64,000 bases of DNA from NCBI GenBank assembly GCA_040400605.1, contig JBBAPZ010000001.1, positions 83,290-147,289 of the forward strand, read 5' to 3'. Under the pieces are notes generated by a model. That model saw nothing but the letters and a program-made list of their open reading frames with translations. It did no database searches and had not been told where the DNA came from. The stretch is from Candidatus Sericytochromatia bacterium. Lineage in GTDB: Bacteria; Cyanobacteriota; Sericytochromatia; S15B-MN24; JAQBPE01. Below are positions 42,047 to 52,360 of this stretch, in pieces (within the stretch, counting starts at the first letter, position 1; the number at the start of each line of letters is the position of its first letter). Made by a program: the position numbers and the translations under genes.

Positions 42047-44497
42047 TCACTGTACACCGCCGCTTGATGGCGCAAGTAGCCAGGTGCGGGTGCGCTGCCA
42101 TGTTTCAAGGCGCTGGGTGGCCCGTTTAAGCTGGGTATTCATGGTGCTGTCATCGAAAGTCTCAAGCAGGGAACCCGGTCGGGGATAGACCTGCAAGACC
42201 GTCAAATCGGGGTTGAGCGCCGCTGTCTGCATCGCGTCCTGGATGGCGGTTTCGAGTCCACCCGGGCGATCGACAAGACCGATATCGAGTGCTCGCGTGC
42301 CTGACCAAACACGCCCTTGCGCGAGCTGATCCACACGGTTGACCGACATCCGACGCCCCTGTGCCACCCGCTCCAGGAATTGGCCGTAGGTATAGCGCGC
42401 ACCTTCACGCAACAAATCGAGTTCCTGATCCGTCATCGGACGCAGGCCGCTCTGATAATCCGCATGAGCCCCTTGGTTCAGGGTTTCGGTCGTGATAAAC
42501 AATTTGTCCAGTAGCCCCTTGAAAACAAACTGACCCGTGAACACCCCGATGGAACCCGTGATAGTGCCAGGCTCCGCATAGATACGAACGCCGTTCGCTG
42601 CCACCCAGTACCCGCCGGATGCCGCCACGTCCCCCATCGACACGATCACAGGCTTGTTTTGCAAGCGCAGCAGATCCAGCTCCCGGCCAATCTCATCAGC
42701 CGCCACCGCATCCCCACCCGGGCTGTCTACACGCAACACCACCGCCTTGATGCGATCATCTTGCCGTATCTCGCGCAGCGCCCGGGTGACTGTTGCGGAA
42801 CCCGCGCTGCGACCAGTTAATAAATCCTGGTCGGAACCCTCACCGCGCGTGATGTCCCCATCAATTCTGACCACGGCAACAATATCCGCTTCACCCCACG
42901 TGTCGGGCTTCACGACATCCAAGCCATAATTGAAAGCAGGGCCTTTCGCCAGATATTCGGGCACCTGATCCGGATACATGATGGCATCGATCAGACTCTT
43001 GTCTTTGGCCGCCGGCGGTGTCCAAATTCCACGGTTGATGAGTGCGATCACCTCCTCGCGACTCAAGCGCCGCGAACTGGCAATGCCCATAACCATTTGC
43101 TCGAATTGATCCGCAAGTAACGCTTGATCCTGCTCTTTGGCAGTCTGCGAGAGATCCTTCCGCGTAAACTGCTCCGGAGCGGACTTGTATTTGCCAATGG
43201 CGACAAATTGCGGCTGAACGCCCAACTTCTCCAACACCCCTTTAAAAAATGGAATGGTGGTGCTTAACCCGGTGATGCTCAAGCTGCCGCCGGGGTGCAG
43301 GATGATGCGTTCACAGGCACTGGCCAGGTAGTATTCGCCCAAATCCGGGTCCGTGATGTAGGCAGCGGTCGTTTTACCCGCGGCACGGAAAGCTGCGATC
43401 GCTTCTCGCAATTCCTGCAAACGCCCGACACCCAGGGTGACGCCGCGCAAGTCAAGAATCATCCCGGTGATCAGCGGATCATCCTTTGCCTGCGCAATGC
43501 GGCGTGTGGTATGCAACACGCCGGGATATACCAAACTGCGCAGGTCGAGCAATCCCCCGCCTTGAGCACCCAAATCACCCTCAAGGCGCACATAGGCCAA
43601 ATGGGGTATCCCCAATTGAAGCGAACGTTTCGCCGTCCAGTCCGAGCTGGTGACGTACATCAAATCGCTGGAACCAATCCGACCGGTTGGCGTCGCAGCC
43701 ATCATGCCAGCGCCCAGTTGACCGAACTGTGTCCCGACGCCCAAGCTGATGCGGCCTTTGGGATCGGCCATGCCACGCAAAGTCAGCCCCGGAATGATTT
43801 CGCCTTGCAATCCTAGCCACACATCAACTGTGTCGGCAGCCGCACCTTCTTCCCAAGCAGCATCCAATGATACCAGGATGCGCCGGGTTCCCGGTGCGAT
43901 CGCCACGCCACCGCGATACCGTCGCTTTAATGTCGCCACGTCAAGCCCGAGTCCTGTACCCTCAATGCGCCGCCCCACCGCCGCCTGATTCAGGTGGTTA
44001 ACAACCAGACCTGCAGAAAACCACGGGGATGGACGGTAACTCATCGATAGCCCGAGGTCTGCGGCATTGCCGCCTTGGGCGTCCAGAAACTGCATCAGGC
44101 CAAAACTGCCGCCAAGTGCCAGGCCATTAAATGGCGTCCACGCTCCTCCGAACAGATATTGATTCAAAAAACGATCCTGGGGTGTGCGAAATTGCTGCCA
44201 GGCGGAACCACCACCGCCACCCGTAAACAAGGCATGCGTGGCATCGTTGCCATTCAGCGAACGACTCAAAAAGATTTCGGAACTACGTTGAAAGCCCATG
44301 GCCGCTGGGTTGATAGCCAATGCCGACGCATCCTCAACCGTCGCAACCGAGCTCAATGAACCCAACTCACTGGGCAAAAAACTGCCGTAGGGCGTGGATG
44401 CCTGAACTGGCGCCGCCACCACCCCAAGGGCTGTCACAAGCGTCGGCAGTCCACGCACAACCCGCCTCAGGTGCCCCATTCCGGAATCTTTGACCAT
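42047..44497 (-). CDS. sppA: Signal peptide peptidase SppA (tandem S49) with ~300-aa N-terminal putative beta-barrel
   Basis: YYLAS, GKYKSA, RVDSPGG, AASGGY, TGSIGV and QGRVW; the N-terminus has a signal peptide, INPAAMG and amphipathic strands. Confidence 0.9.
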   Translation of the reverse strand: MVKDSGMGHLRRVVRGLPTLVTALGVVAAPVQASTPYGSFLPSELGSLSSVATVEDASALAINPAAMGFQRSSEIFLSRSLNGNDATHALFTGGGGGSAWQQFRTPQDRFLNQYLFGGAWTPFNGLALGGSFGLMQFLDAQGGNAADLGLSMSYRPSPWFSAGLVVNHLNQAAVGRRIEGTGLGLDVATLKRRYRGGVAIAPGTRRILVSLDAAWEEGAAADTVDVWLGLQGEIIPGLTLRGMADPKGRISLGVGTQFGQLGAGMMAATPTGRIGSSDLMYVTSSDWTAKRSLQLGIPHLAYVRLEGDLGAQGGGLLDLRSLVYPGVLHTTRRIAQAKDDPLITGMILDLRGVTLGVGRLQELREAIAAFRAAGKTTAAYITDPDLGEYYLASACERIILHPGGSLSITGLSTTIPFFKGVLEKLGVQPQFVAIGKYKSAPEQFTRKDLSQTAKEQDQALLADQFEQMVMGIASSRRLSREEVIALINRGIWTPPAAKDKSLIDAIMYPDQVPEYLAKGPAFNYGLDVVKPDTWGEADIVAVVRIDGDITRGEGSDQDLLTGRSAGSATVTRALREIRQDDRIKAVVLRVDSPGGDAVAADEIGRELDLLRLQNKPVIVSMGDVAASGGYWVAANGVRIYAEPGTITGSIGVFTGQFVFKGLLDKLFITTETLNQGAHADYQSGLRPMTDQELDLLREGARYTYGQFLERVAQGRRMSVNRVDQLAQGRVWSGTRALDIGLVDRPGGLETAIQDAMQTAALNPDLTVLQVYPRPGSLLETFDDSTMNTQLKRATQRLETWQRTRTWLLAPSSGGVQ

Positions 44498-44976
44498 TTT
44501 GTTCTCCTGCCTTGATGACCCGGCCAAGCGGGCTATGCAAACGGTATACCCGCAAAAACCTTTCTGTGTCATCGTCTTGTTCCAACGGGAAGCATCATCA
44601 CTGAGTGCTCCCTTTCCTGCTTACAGGTTATCCCCAACATAAATTGTAATCAGGCTGCAATCGTTAACACCATCAAACCCGCACAACCGCTTGATCGTCA
44701 CGGCATACCGATGATGTTTTTCGTGCGATCGGTTGGGTCGACCGCAGTCACGAGCCACCCATATTGAGGCCGATTCATCAATGAGTCGTTTGCCCAAACG
44801 CTTGGTCAGGGATTAACATAAAACGGTGCTCTTCGGGGTGTATTTAGCGGCATAGGTGATCGAGGCCCAATGCAAATCCAGCGTGTCTGTCAACGGATTT
44901 CCGCAAAGATGTGGTTGCAGACCAAGCGGACCACCATTCGCTGCGTGTGCTGCCAGACGCAAGTGGGTTGCCTGCG

Positions 44977-45870
44977 ATGCTGAATGTCCGCGTCCCTGCG
45001 AGCAGCGCCAACCTCGGTGCCGGGTTCGATTTATATGGTGTCGCGTTGCCACTGTATAACGAGTTACGTGTGACCCCTGGCGAGTCGCTGTCAATTCATG
45101 CGATCGGCCCCGAAGCCAGTGGTTTGCCAGCTGATGCCAGCAATTTGACCCAACGCGCGGCGATGCGTGTCTGTCAACAATTGGATAAGCCTTTGCCGAC
45201 GTGGCGTCTGGAAGCGGTCGTTCGTATTCCTCAAGCGCGTGGTTTGGGCAGCAGCAGTGCTGCAATTGTTGCCGGGTTGCTGGCAGCGAACGCGTGGTAT
45301 GACATGCCCTTGACGCGGGACGATTTGATGCAATTGGCCGTCGAACTGGAGGGCCATCCCGATAACGTCGCTGCCGCTTTGTACGGGGGTGTGTGCTGGG
45401 CACAATCCCACAATGGCCGTATTCAGGTGGTGCCAGTGAGCGATCACATTCCGGGTGCACTGGTCTTGGCCATTCCCGACTTGAGGCTGTCCACGGCGCT
45501 TTCCCGGCAAGTGTTGCCCAAGCTTGTGCCACACCGTGATGCTGTGGCAACCGTTGGGGCTGTGACGGCTTTGACAACCGTGCTGCTGACCGGGCAACAC
45601 GCGTTGTGGCCACAGGCGCTAAGCGATCATTTGCATGAGCCGTACCGAATGCCACTCATCCCAGGCGGCTTGGCGGTGAAGGATGCGGCATTGGCGCAAG
45701 GAGCCTGGGGGGTGGTTATCAGTGGTGCCGGTCCCAGTCTGCTTGCCGTGTGTCCTGAGGATGTGGCATCTCGGGTCGCCCAGGCGATGCAGCAGGCGTG
45801 GGAAAAGCAAAACGTCGGTTGCCACAGCGTGGTGGTCACCGAGTTGGCCAAAGGGGCCCTTGTGTGTTGA
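44977..45870 (+). CDS. thrB: Homoserine kinase
   Basis: VPASSANLGAGFD, PQARGLGSS, EGHPDN and ISGAGPS. Confidence 0.96.
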   Translation: MLNVRVPASSANLGAGFDLYGVALPLYNELRVTPGESLSIHAIGPEASGLPADASNLTQRAAMRVCQQLDKPLPTWRLEAVVRIPQARGLGSSSAAIVAGLLAANAWYDMPLTRDDLMQLAVELEGHPDNVAAALYGGVCWAQSHNGRIQVVPVSDHIPGALVLAIPDLRLSTALSRQVLPKLVPHRDAVATVGAVTALTTVLLTGQHALWPQALSDHLHEPYRMPLIPGGLAVKDAALAQGAWGVVISGAGPSLLAVCPEDVASRVAQAMQQAWEKQNVGCHSVVVTELAKGALVC

Positions 45871-45904
45871 CCAAGCGACCGCATCCATTGTCAAGGAGAT
45901 CATC

Positions 45905-47161
45905 ATGGCGTTGATTGTACAAAAATTCGGTGGGACTTCGGTCGGGGACCCTGAACGCATCAAACATGTGGCGCGACGAATTGCAGCTGTCAAGGCGGCA
46001 GGGCATCAGGTGGTGGTGGTGGTGTCGGCAATGGGGCACACCACGGATGAGTTGATCGAACTGATGGGCAAGGTCACAGATTATGCTTCACCCCGCGAGG
46101 TTGACATGTTGCTTTCGACCGGCGAGCAGGTATCGATCGCATTGGTTACGATGGCCTTGCAGGCGCAGGGGGTGCCGGCGCTGTCGATGACGGGGGCTCA
46201 GGCGGGCATGCGCACGGAACCGGTCCATAGCCGCGCGCGCATCGTGGACATTCATACGGATCGCCTCAAACAGGTGCTCGCGGATGACTACATCCCGGTG
46301 GTCGCTGGTTTTCAAGGGGTAACTTACAGTGGGGAAATCTGTACATTGGGCCGGGGCGGCTCGGATACGACGGCCGTGGCGATCGCCGCGGCGCTGCGTG
46401 CAGACGAATGTGAAATCTACACTGACGTCTCTGGGGTCTATACGACGGATCCCCGCGTCGTCACCGACGCACGTTTGCTTACGGAAATTTCCTATGATGA
46501 AATGCTCGAACTGGCCAGTCTGGGTGCGCAGGTCCTGCACCCGCGTTCCGTGGAGTACGCCAAACAGTATCGCTTGAATTTAAGGGTGCGATCAACCTTT
46601 AATGAAGGTGCCGGCACCTTGGTGAAAGGAGTGCAAGACTTGGAGAATCAAACCCCTGTGCGCGGCGTGGCTGCGGATCTGAACCAGGCCAAGGTGGCAT
46701 TGATGGATGTGCCGGATCAACCAGGTGTCGCGGCTCGGCTCTTCTCGGCACTCTCCGAGCACGGCGTCAACGTGGATATGATCACTCAAGCCGTACGCGG
46801 CGAACAAAAAAATGACATTGGCTTCACGGTGGCGAAAAGTGAACTTGACCAAGCGGTCCAGGTCACCGAAGAAGTCGGTCGTCAGGTCGGCGCCTCCGGC
46901 GTGGTTCAAGACCCGGACGTTGCGAAGGTATCTATCGTAGGTTCAGGTATGGTGAACCATGCGGGCATCGCTGCGCGGATGTTTCAAGCCTTGGCAGATG
47001 GCAATATCAATATTCAGATGATCGCCACATCCGAGATCAAGGTGTCCGCGATTATCAGCCGAAACCAGGCACAACAGGCCCTGCGCCTGATTCACAACGC
47101 CTTTCACCTTGCCGGCGCCGCACCTGCCGTCGAAGCGATATCATCTGAGGTTAAGTTTTAA
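45905..47161 (+). CDS. lysC: Aspartate kinase with two ACT domains
   Basis: MALIVQKFGGTSV, VVSAMG, TLGRGGSD, YTDV and TSEIKVS; AAGGAG RBS. Confidence 0.97.
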   Translation: MALIVQKFGGTSVGDPERIKHVARRIAAVKAAGHQVVVVVSAMGHTTDELIELMGKVTDYASPREVDMLLSTGEQVSIALVTMALQAQGVPALSMTGAQAGMRTEPVHSRARIVDIHTDRLKQVLADDYIPVVAGFQGVTYSGEICTLGRGGSDTTAVAIAAALRADECEIYTDVSGVYTTDPRVVTDARLLTEISYDEMLELASLGAQVLHPRSVEYAKQYRLNLRVRSTFNEGAGTLVKGVQDLENQTPVRGVAADLNQAKVALMDVPDQPGVAARLFSALSEHGVNVDMITQAVRGEQKNDIGFTVAKSELDQAVQVTEEVGRQVGASGVVQDPDVAKVSIVGSGMVNHAGIAARMFQALADGNINIQMIATSEIKVSAIISRNQAQQALRLIHNAFHLAGAAPAVEAISSEVKF

Positions 47162-47172
47162 TCATCATTTCA

Positions 47173-47202
47173 TTGACATTGAAAGCATTGAGTTGGTAAG
47201 AT
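47173..47202 (+). promoter_or_regulatory. Sigma70-type promoter for tRNA-Ala
   Basis: TTGACA-N18-TAAGAT with TG extension, 13 nt before the tRNA. Confidence 0.7.
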
Positions 47203-47215
47203 GACTTCAGTGTTC

Positions 47216-47288
47216 GGGGGTATGGCGCAGTTGGTAGCGCGTCTGCATGGCATGCAGAAGGTCACCGGTTCGAATCCGGTTACCTCCA
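47216..47288 (+). tRNA. tRNA-Ala(GGC), CCA not encoded
   Basis: Full cloverleaf: GGGGGTA/TACCTCC acceptor with G3:U70, TCTGC-ATGGCAT-GCAGA anticodon arm, TTCGAAT T-loop. Confidence 0.98.
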
Positions 47289-47291
47289 CTG

Positions 47292-47325
47292 AAAAGCTCG
47301 GTCAAAGACCGGGCTTTTTTGTTTT
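47292..47325 (+). terminator. Intrinsic terminator after tRNA-Ala
   Basis: AAAAGCTCGGTC-AAA-GACCGGGCTTTTTT. Confidence 0.85.
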
Positions 47326-47344
47326 TGGTGCGGGGAGTGATTGG

Positions 47345-47896
47345 TTGCGAATCATTTGGTATACAGCGATGTCGATGGATGGTCGCATCGCGGACGCTTG
47401 CGACAGTCTGGGATTCCTTGATGCAATCGGCGCGTGGCAAGGCTCGGAGTCCGAGTTTGCGACATTCCTGACAGGTATTGATGCCATCATCATTGGCGCA
47501 GCGACCTTGCGCTGGTTGCTGCGCGCTGGCCATGGGTGGCCCCACGGCGACATTCCCACCTGGCTGGTGTCTCATGACGCCATGCTGGCGACGCAAGTTG
47601 GCCAGACGGCAGCATCGTTCACGCGGATGGAAGGTGATTTAAATGTTGCGATCGATGCGATAAAAACGGCCGGTCACGAATGTGTTTGGCTCTGCGGCGG
47701 TGGTAATGTGGCGGGTCAGTTGCTCGCGCTTGATTGTATCGATGAGGTCATCGTAACCGTGGCGCCCGTGGTCCTGGGTCAGGGGCCGGCGTTGTTTGAT
47801 GCCCCGGCTTTGACTGAGCGGCGGTTTGGTTTGATTGCCTGCCATGCACTGAATGATCGCACGGCACGGCTTCACTGGGTGCGAACGAAAAGCTGA
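47345..47896 (+). CDS. Dihydrofolate reductase/RibD C-terminal family protein
   Basis: AMSMDGRIA, IIIGAAT, VWLCGGG and IDEVIVTVAPVVLGQG; TTG start after GGGGAG. Confidence 0.88.
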   Translation: MRIIWYTAMSMDGRIADACDSLGFLDAIGAWQGSESEFATFLTGIDAIIIGAATLRWLLRAGHGWPHGDIPTWLVSHDAMLATQVGQTAASFTRMEGDLNVAIDAIKTAGHECVWLCGGGNVAGQLLALDCIDEVIVTVAPVVLGQGPALFDAPALTERRFGLIACHALNDRTARLHWVRTKS

Positions 47897-48166
47897 CCAA
47901 TTTGGGCAGACTACCAACCCCCAAACGTATCCGAAAATTTCAAAAGGGGGCTTGGGTTGATGACACGCCACCAATTCCACGGATTACTCTTGGCATCGGA
48001 AGCTGCTCCGCATTTTAACCGGTTCTAACGTTCAAGCCGTCCCTGACGAGCAGTGATGGCTTGAAACGCTGTCGCTTGGCAGATAACCTCAAACAAACTT
48101 GACTTGTTTTAACAGAAAAAATATGATTCCACGGCTTTGGTAACACACCCTTCTTGCCGTTGGAGC

Positions 48167-50290
48167 ATGACGACTATCAAAAACCCCGCACTCAATTCGA
48201 TGACGGCTTCGTCGCCTCAACCATCGCACCCCAAGTATCGTTCGGATATCGATGGCTTGAGAGCGGTTGCGGTCTTGTCAGTTGTTGGCTTTCACGCTTT
48301 TCCAACCTGGCTGACAGGCGGCTTTATTGGCGTTGACGTATTTTTTGTCATTTCCGGTTACTTGATTTCGATGATCATTTTCGAAAACCTCGCGCGGGGT
48401 TCGTTCAGTTTTTCAGCGTTCTACGCTCGTCGCATCAAGCGTATCTTTCCAGCACTCACAATTGTTTTGATGACCTGTTTGACCTTTGGTTGGTTTGTCT
48501 TGCTACCAGACGAACTCAATCAGTTGGGCAAGCATGTGGCTGCTGGGGCGGGGTTTGTCTCAAATCTCGTTTTGTGGGGTGAGGCAGGTTACTTTGACAA
48601 CGCGGCCGAGACCAAACCCTTGTTGCACCTTTGGAGCCTGGGGATAGAAGAGCAGTTCTATATCGCATGGCCTTTGTTACTCTGGCTGGCATGGAAGCGG
48701 AAGTTCAACCCCCTTGTTCTTGTGCTCTTTATCGCTTGTGCGTCTTTTATTCTCAACGTCAACGGGGTTAGACAAAATCCCGTGGCGACTTTTTATTCGC
48801 CCTTGACACGGTTTTGGGAATTGCTTTTTGGAACGCTGTTGGCTTGGTTTTCAAACGAAAAACCCATGGTTCCCGCTAGTCTGAAAAATTTTATTGCAAA
48901 CTCCGTTCCTGGCGCATTTTTCACCGACAAGCAGCGTGAGATTGTTCAGATTCTACGGAATGCGTCTGCTTTCTCAGGATTTTTTCTGCTTGCTTATGGC
49001 TTGTGGGGTATTGATAAAGCGGTTCCCTTTCCCGGTTATTGGGCGCTGTTACCTGTCTTGGCGACAGTGATGATCATTATGGCCGGACCGCAGGCCTTCT
49101 TGAATGACAAAGTCCTGTCCAATAAAGTTTTGGTATGGTTTGGCTTGATCAGCTTCCCCTTGTATCTGTGGCACTGGCCAATTTTGTCATTCGCCCGGAT
49201 CATCAATTCTGAACTCGCTCTTCCCGGGTTCAGGGTGCTCGCGGTTGCACTGTCAGTATTGTTCGCTTGGCTAACGATGCAGTACGTAGAGAGACCTGTT
49301 CGGTTCGGCAGCGGACGTTCTGCCGGCAAAGTCGCTGCTTTCTCATCAGTGGTTTTTGCACTGGCGGTTACCGGTCTCTATGCGAGCAAAGCTGATTTTT
49401 CGGCGTCTCACAAGTTTGATCAGTTGCTGGTTCATCGGGATTCCAAGGATACGATTGGTATTTCTGCGGCATGGTTCCGCGGTAAGGATGATTGGTTGTT
49501 TTTGGGGAATGCGTTCGACAATTGTGTTGCCAAGCTGAAGCTTTCCATTCTGCCAGACGCCAGTGTTGTAGCCGGTACAAGAGACAGCCTCGCGGCCCTG
49601 GCCCAAGTTGCCAGCAATTACAAAACGCAAGTTGTTTTGATCGTCGGCCCCAACAAAACCAGTGTCTATCCCGAGTATCTACCCGATGGCCTGATTCCTT
49701 CTCCAAAGACGTACATCAGTTTTTTTCTGGATGAACTACAAGGCATACCCAACTTGACCGTGCATGACCCGACACGCGAGATGCTTGCATCAAAGCGTTC
49801 TGTGGGGAACCTTTATTGGATGACCGATACGCATTGGAACGCCAAGGGGGCATACCTGGCATATGCAGGATTTCTAAAAAAATTTAGGATTCCTGTACCG
49901 GATGTTGAGTTTAAACGGGGTTCCACTCACAGCGGTGACCTCATCGTGATTTCTGGTCTGAACGATTTCCCGTTGCATGCTGAAGATAATTGGGATGTCG
50001 TTTGGAGTAAGCAACCCAGGTGGCAAGAAACACCCATACCAAACGAGCCGATGACCGACTTCGGACGAGCCACAATCGTTACCAACGAAAAGCCACTGTC
50101 AAACAAACGTGTTTGGGTGATTGGTGATTCATTCGGCAATTCTTTGAGGCAATATTTTAATGCAACCTTCAAAAGGGTGCGTTACGTTGGACATTGGGGT
50201 CTCAAGTTCAATGGTTTGTCTGAAGAACTGGTCAACGCAGACAAAAAACCGGATTTGATCGTCATCGTAAGGGTCGAGCGATCGTTTTGA
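48167..50290 (+). CDS. Acyltransferase-3 (OafA-like) fused to AlgX/AlgJ-like domain
   Basis: YRSDIDGLRA, GVDVFFVISG, HLWSLGIEEQFY and SFPLYLWHWP; C-terminal GKDDWLFLG, PNKTSVYPEYLP, TDTHWN and GDSF. Start uncertain. Confidence 0.9.
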   Translation: MTTIKNPALNSMTASSPQPSHPKYRSDIDGLRAVAVLSVVGFHAFPTWLTGGFIGVDVFFVISGYLISMIIFENLARGSFSFSAFYARRIKRIFPALTIVLMTCLTFGWFVLLPDELNQLGKHVAAGAGFVSNLVLWGEAGYFDNAAETKPLLHLWSLGIEEQFYIAWPLLLWLAWKRKFNPLVLVLFIACASFILNVNGVRQNPVATFYSPLTRFWELLFGTLLAWFSNEKPMVPASLKNFIANSVPGAFFTDKQREIVQILRNASAFSGFFLLAYGLWGIDKAVPFPGYWALLPVLATVMIIMAGPQAFLNDKVLSNKVLVWFGLISFPLYLWHWPILSFARIINSELALPGFRVLAVALSVLFAWLTMQYVERPVRFGSGRSAGKVAAFSSVVFALAVTGLYASKADFSASHKFDQLLVHRDSKDTIGISAAWFRGKDDWLFLGNAFDNCVAKLKLSILPDASVVAGTRDSLAALAQVASNYKTQVVLIVGPNKTSVYPEYLPDGLIPSPKTYISFFLDELQGIPNLTVHDPTREMLASKRSVGNLYWMTDTHWNAKGAYLAYAGFLKKFRIPVPDVEFKRGSTHSGDLIVISGLNDFPLHAEDNWDVVWSKQPRWQETPIPNEPMTDFGRATIVTNEKPLSNKRVWVIGDSFGNSLRQYFNATFKRVRYVGHWGLKFNGLSEELVNADKKPDLIVIVRVERSF

Positions 50291-50491
50291 TCGTCGTACA
50301 GCTTCAAACGGAATGGCCTTGAGATAAGCCAGCGAACGTTCGAAATGCGTTCGACATATCACCGGCCGATATCAGGAAAACAAAGTCATGTAATGAGGAT
50401 AATCCAACGCTCGATGTTGATTCGGGCGCACGGGACACTGTCGTCACTCCCACGCTGAGGATACTCGTCAGAGCGACGTCGTTTGCCCTGC

Positions 50492-52360
50492 TCAGGGCCA
50501 CAGGGCCCCAAGCAGGGCCACTGCAACACCGACCAGACTTTCGCCTGCGATGAGTCCCGAGCTGACAGGAATCAGGTAACGTGTTGCGCTCAAGGTGTGG
50601 CGCTTTTCCCAGATGCGTGCGATGCAGGCGCCAAGGAACATCGAAATCGCATTTGTTCCCGGGATGACCATGGAAAGACCAAGCCCCATCGAGGACGGGA
50701 CAAACGCGCGTGCTTTTTGTGGCAGTGCCGCTTCAAGCAAGGGCAAGGCAGCGCCAACCAAACCTCCGATAAGGATGGCGGCCTGAGCCGTCGGGTGCAG
50801 GCTGTCCAGTCCGTTTCCGAGCAGTTTGGCAACGCTGGCCCACACCATGGCGGCAGGCGCGGGGTATTTATCACTGCCTAACACGCTAGCATCGGGGACG
50901 AGCAGGTAGAAGGCTGGAACCACGACGGCGGTGCCGACAAAGATGCCGGCAAACTGCGCGAGAAACTGCTTGCGCGGGTTCGCGCCAAGCAAATAGCCAC
51001 TTTTGAGATCAGTCAGCAGATCAGCCGCAGAACCGGCGGCCCCGGCTGTGATGCAGGCAGTCATCAAATTGGCGACCGTATTGGCGGGTGCCAGCACGCC
51101 GTAAGTTAACTGGGTGATTTTTCCCATCGCGCCAATTGGGGTTGTATCCGTCTCACCGGTGGCCCGACAGGCAACGAGCGCCAGAAAAAAGGTCAGGGCA
51201 ACCGCAATCAGACTCATGACCGGACCAACCTGGAAAGCAAAGTGCATCACTGCCATGACGCCGAGCGATGCGATCGCCGTTCCCGCCCAAAACCAGCTGT
51301 TTGGCACTTCGATGGCTTGCAGGGGATCATCACCGAAAGCATCCGGGCCTTTGGTCGGACGAAGCGCCCGCAAGATGGTTTTCCATTGCAGCCCGAAACC
51401 AACCAGGCCGGAACTGACCATCAAGGCGGATCCACCCCAAAGCGTCCATTTGCGAACCGCCTCAGGTTCCGGGATAGCGCCTGGGAAATGCTGCCAGACA
51501 TAGGGGCCTACCACCCCATAGGTCAGGACCGCACCCAAGAGCATGCTCCACCCTGTGCGCCAACCCATCAGGGCCCCGGCTGCGATCATGATGCTCGAAT
51601 TTTCAAAGGTGAAAGTCCATTTCGCGAGCGGTTGACCCGCAATCTTGAAGACCTCCGGGTAGTGGAACTCGGTCGGAATGGCCGGCCAACTGGCTTTGAA
51701 ATGGGTATTGGCCCACGCCATGCCATCTTTCAGACTGGCGATCGCTGCCCCGACGCCCATGGCCAAAAACAACGATCGCGCCTGTAAAACCGCCTCTGCG
51801 CCTTTGGCGTGTAAACTTTGCAACGTCGTTGCGGCAGCGACCCCGGAGGGGAAACGCAACTGTTCGCGGTTAATCATCTGCCGCTTCATCGGTATCGCCA
51901 TCATCACACCCAACATGGCCAGAAAAAAAGTCCACGCGACCAGGGTCCAAAATGGCATATGATGCCCCGTCACCATCAAGTAGGCCGCAATGGCTGACAC
52001 CATTGTGCCTCCGGTCGAATAACCCGCCGACGAAGCCGTTGACTGCATCGCATTGTTCTCAAGAATCGACATCTCACCCTTGACGACGCCAATCCGGCTT
52101 AAACTGGTCCAAATGGCATAGCTCAATATACAGGCGGTGATCGCGACCCCCAAGCCCCAACCCGTTTTGAGTCCCACGTAAAGATTCGACAAGGACATCA
52201 CTGCGCCCAATACACTGCCCATCACGACCGAACGCACGGTCAACTGCGGCATCGAATCACCGCGGTAAACGTCACGGTACCAACGGTACTCCCGCTCTTC
52301 CGGCGTCAATGCTTCAGACTCGGTTCCAGGGACCGCCTGTGGGAGAGTGGGCGTAGACAT
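50492..52360 (-). CDS. OPT-family oligopeptide transporter
   Basis: QLTVRS, NLYVGLKTG, LENNAMQS, LRFPSG, DLKSGYLLG, PAPAA and SGLIAGES. Confidence 0.95.
   Translation of the reverse strand: MSTPTLPQAVPGTESEALTPEEREYRWYRDVYRGDSMPQLTVRSVVMGSVLGAVMSLSNLYVGLKTGWGLGVAITACILSYAIWTSLSRIGVVKGEMSILENNAMQSTASSAGYSTGGTMVSAIAAYLMVTGHHMPFWTLVAWTFFLAMLGVMMAIPMKRQMINREQLRFPSGVAAATTLQSLHAKGAEAVLQARSLFLAMGVGAAIASLKDGMAWANTHFKASWPAIPTEFHYPEVFKIAGQPLAKWTFTFENSSIMIAAGALMGWRTGWSMLLGAVLTYGVVGPYVWQHFPGAIPEPEAVRKWTLWGGSALMVSSGLVGFGLQWKTILRALRPTKGPDAFGDDPLQAIEVPNSWFWAGTAIASLGVMAVMHFAFQVGPVMSLIAVALTFFLALVACRATGETDTTPIGAMGKITQLTYGVLAPANTVANLMTACITAGAAGSAADLLTDLKSGYLLGANPRKQFLAQFAGIFVGTAVVVPAFYLLVPDASVLGSDKYPAPAAMVWASVAKLLGNGLDSLHPTAQAAILIGGLVGAALPLLEAALPQKARAFVPSSMGLGLSMVIPGTNAISMFLGACIARIWEKRHTLSATRYLIPVSSGLIAGESLVGVAVALLGALWP

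Noticed and set aside
45683..45904. N-terminal extension of lysC (likewise the track starts for thrB, spoVS and trxA)
   Set aside because: Family-typical starts with an RBS lie downstream; the extensions overlap neighbours or non-coding DNA.
47201..47344. 5' extension of ORF 47201..47896
   Set aside because: It reads through tRNA-Ala and its terminator; the real start is probably TTG at 47345.
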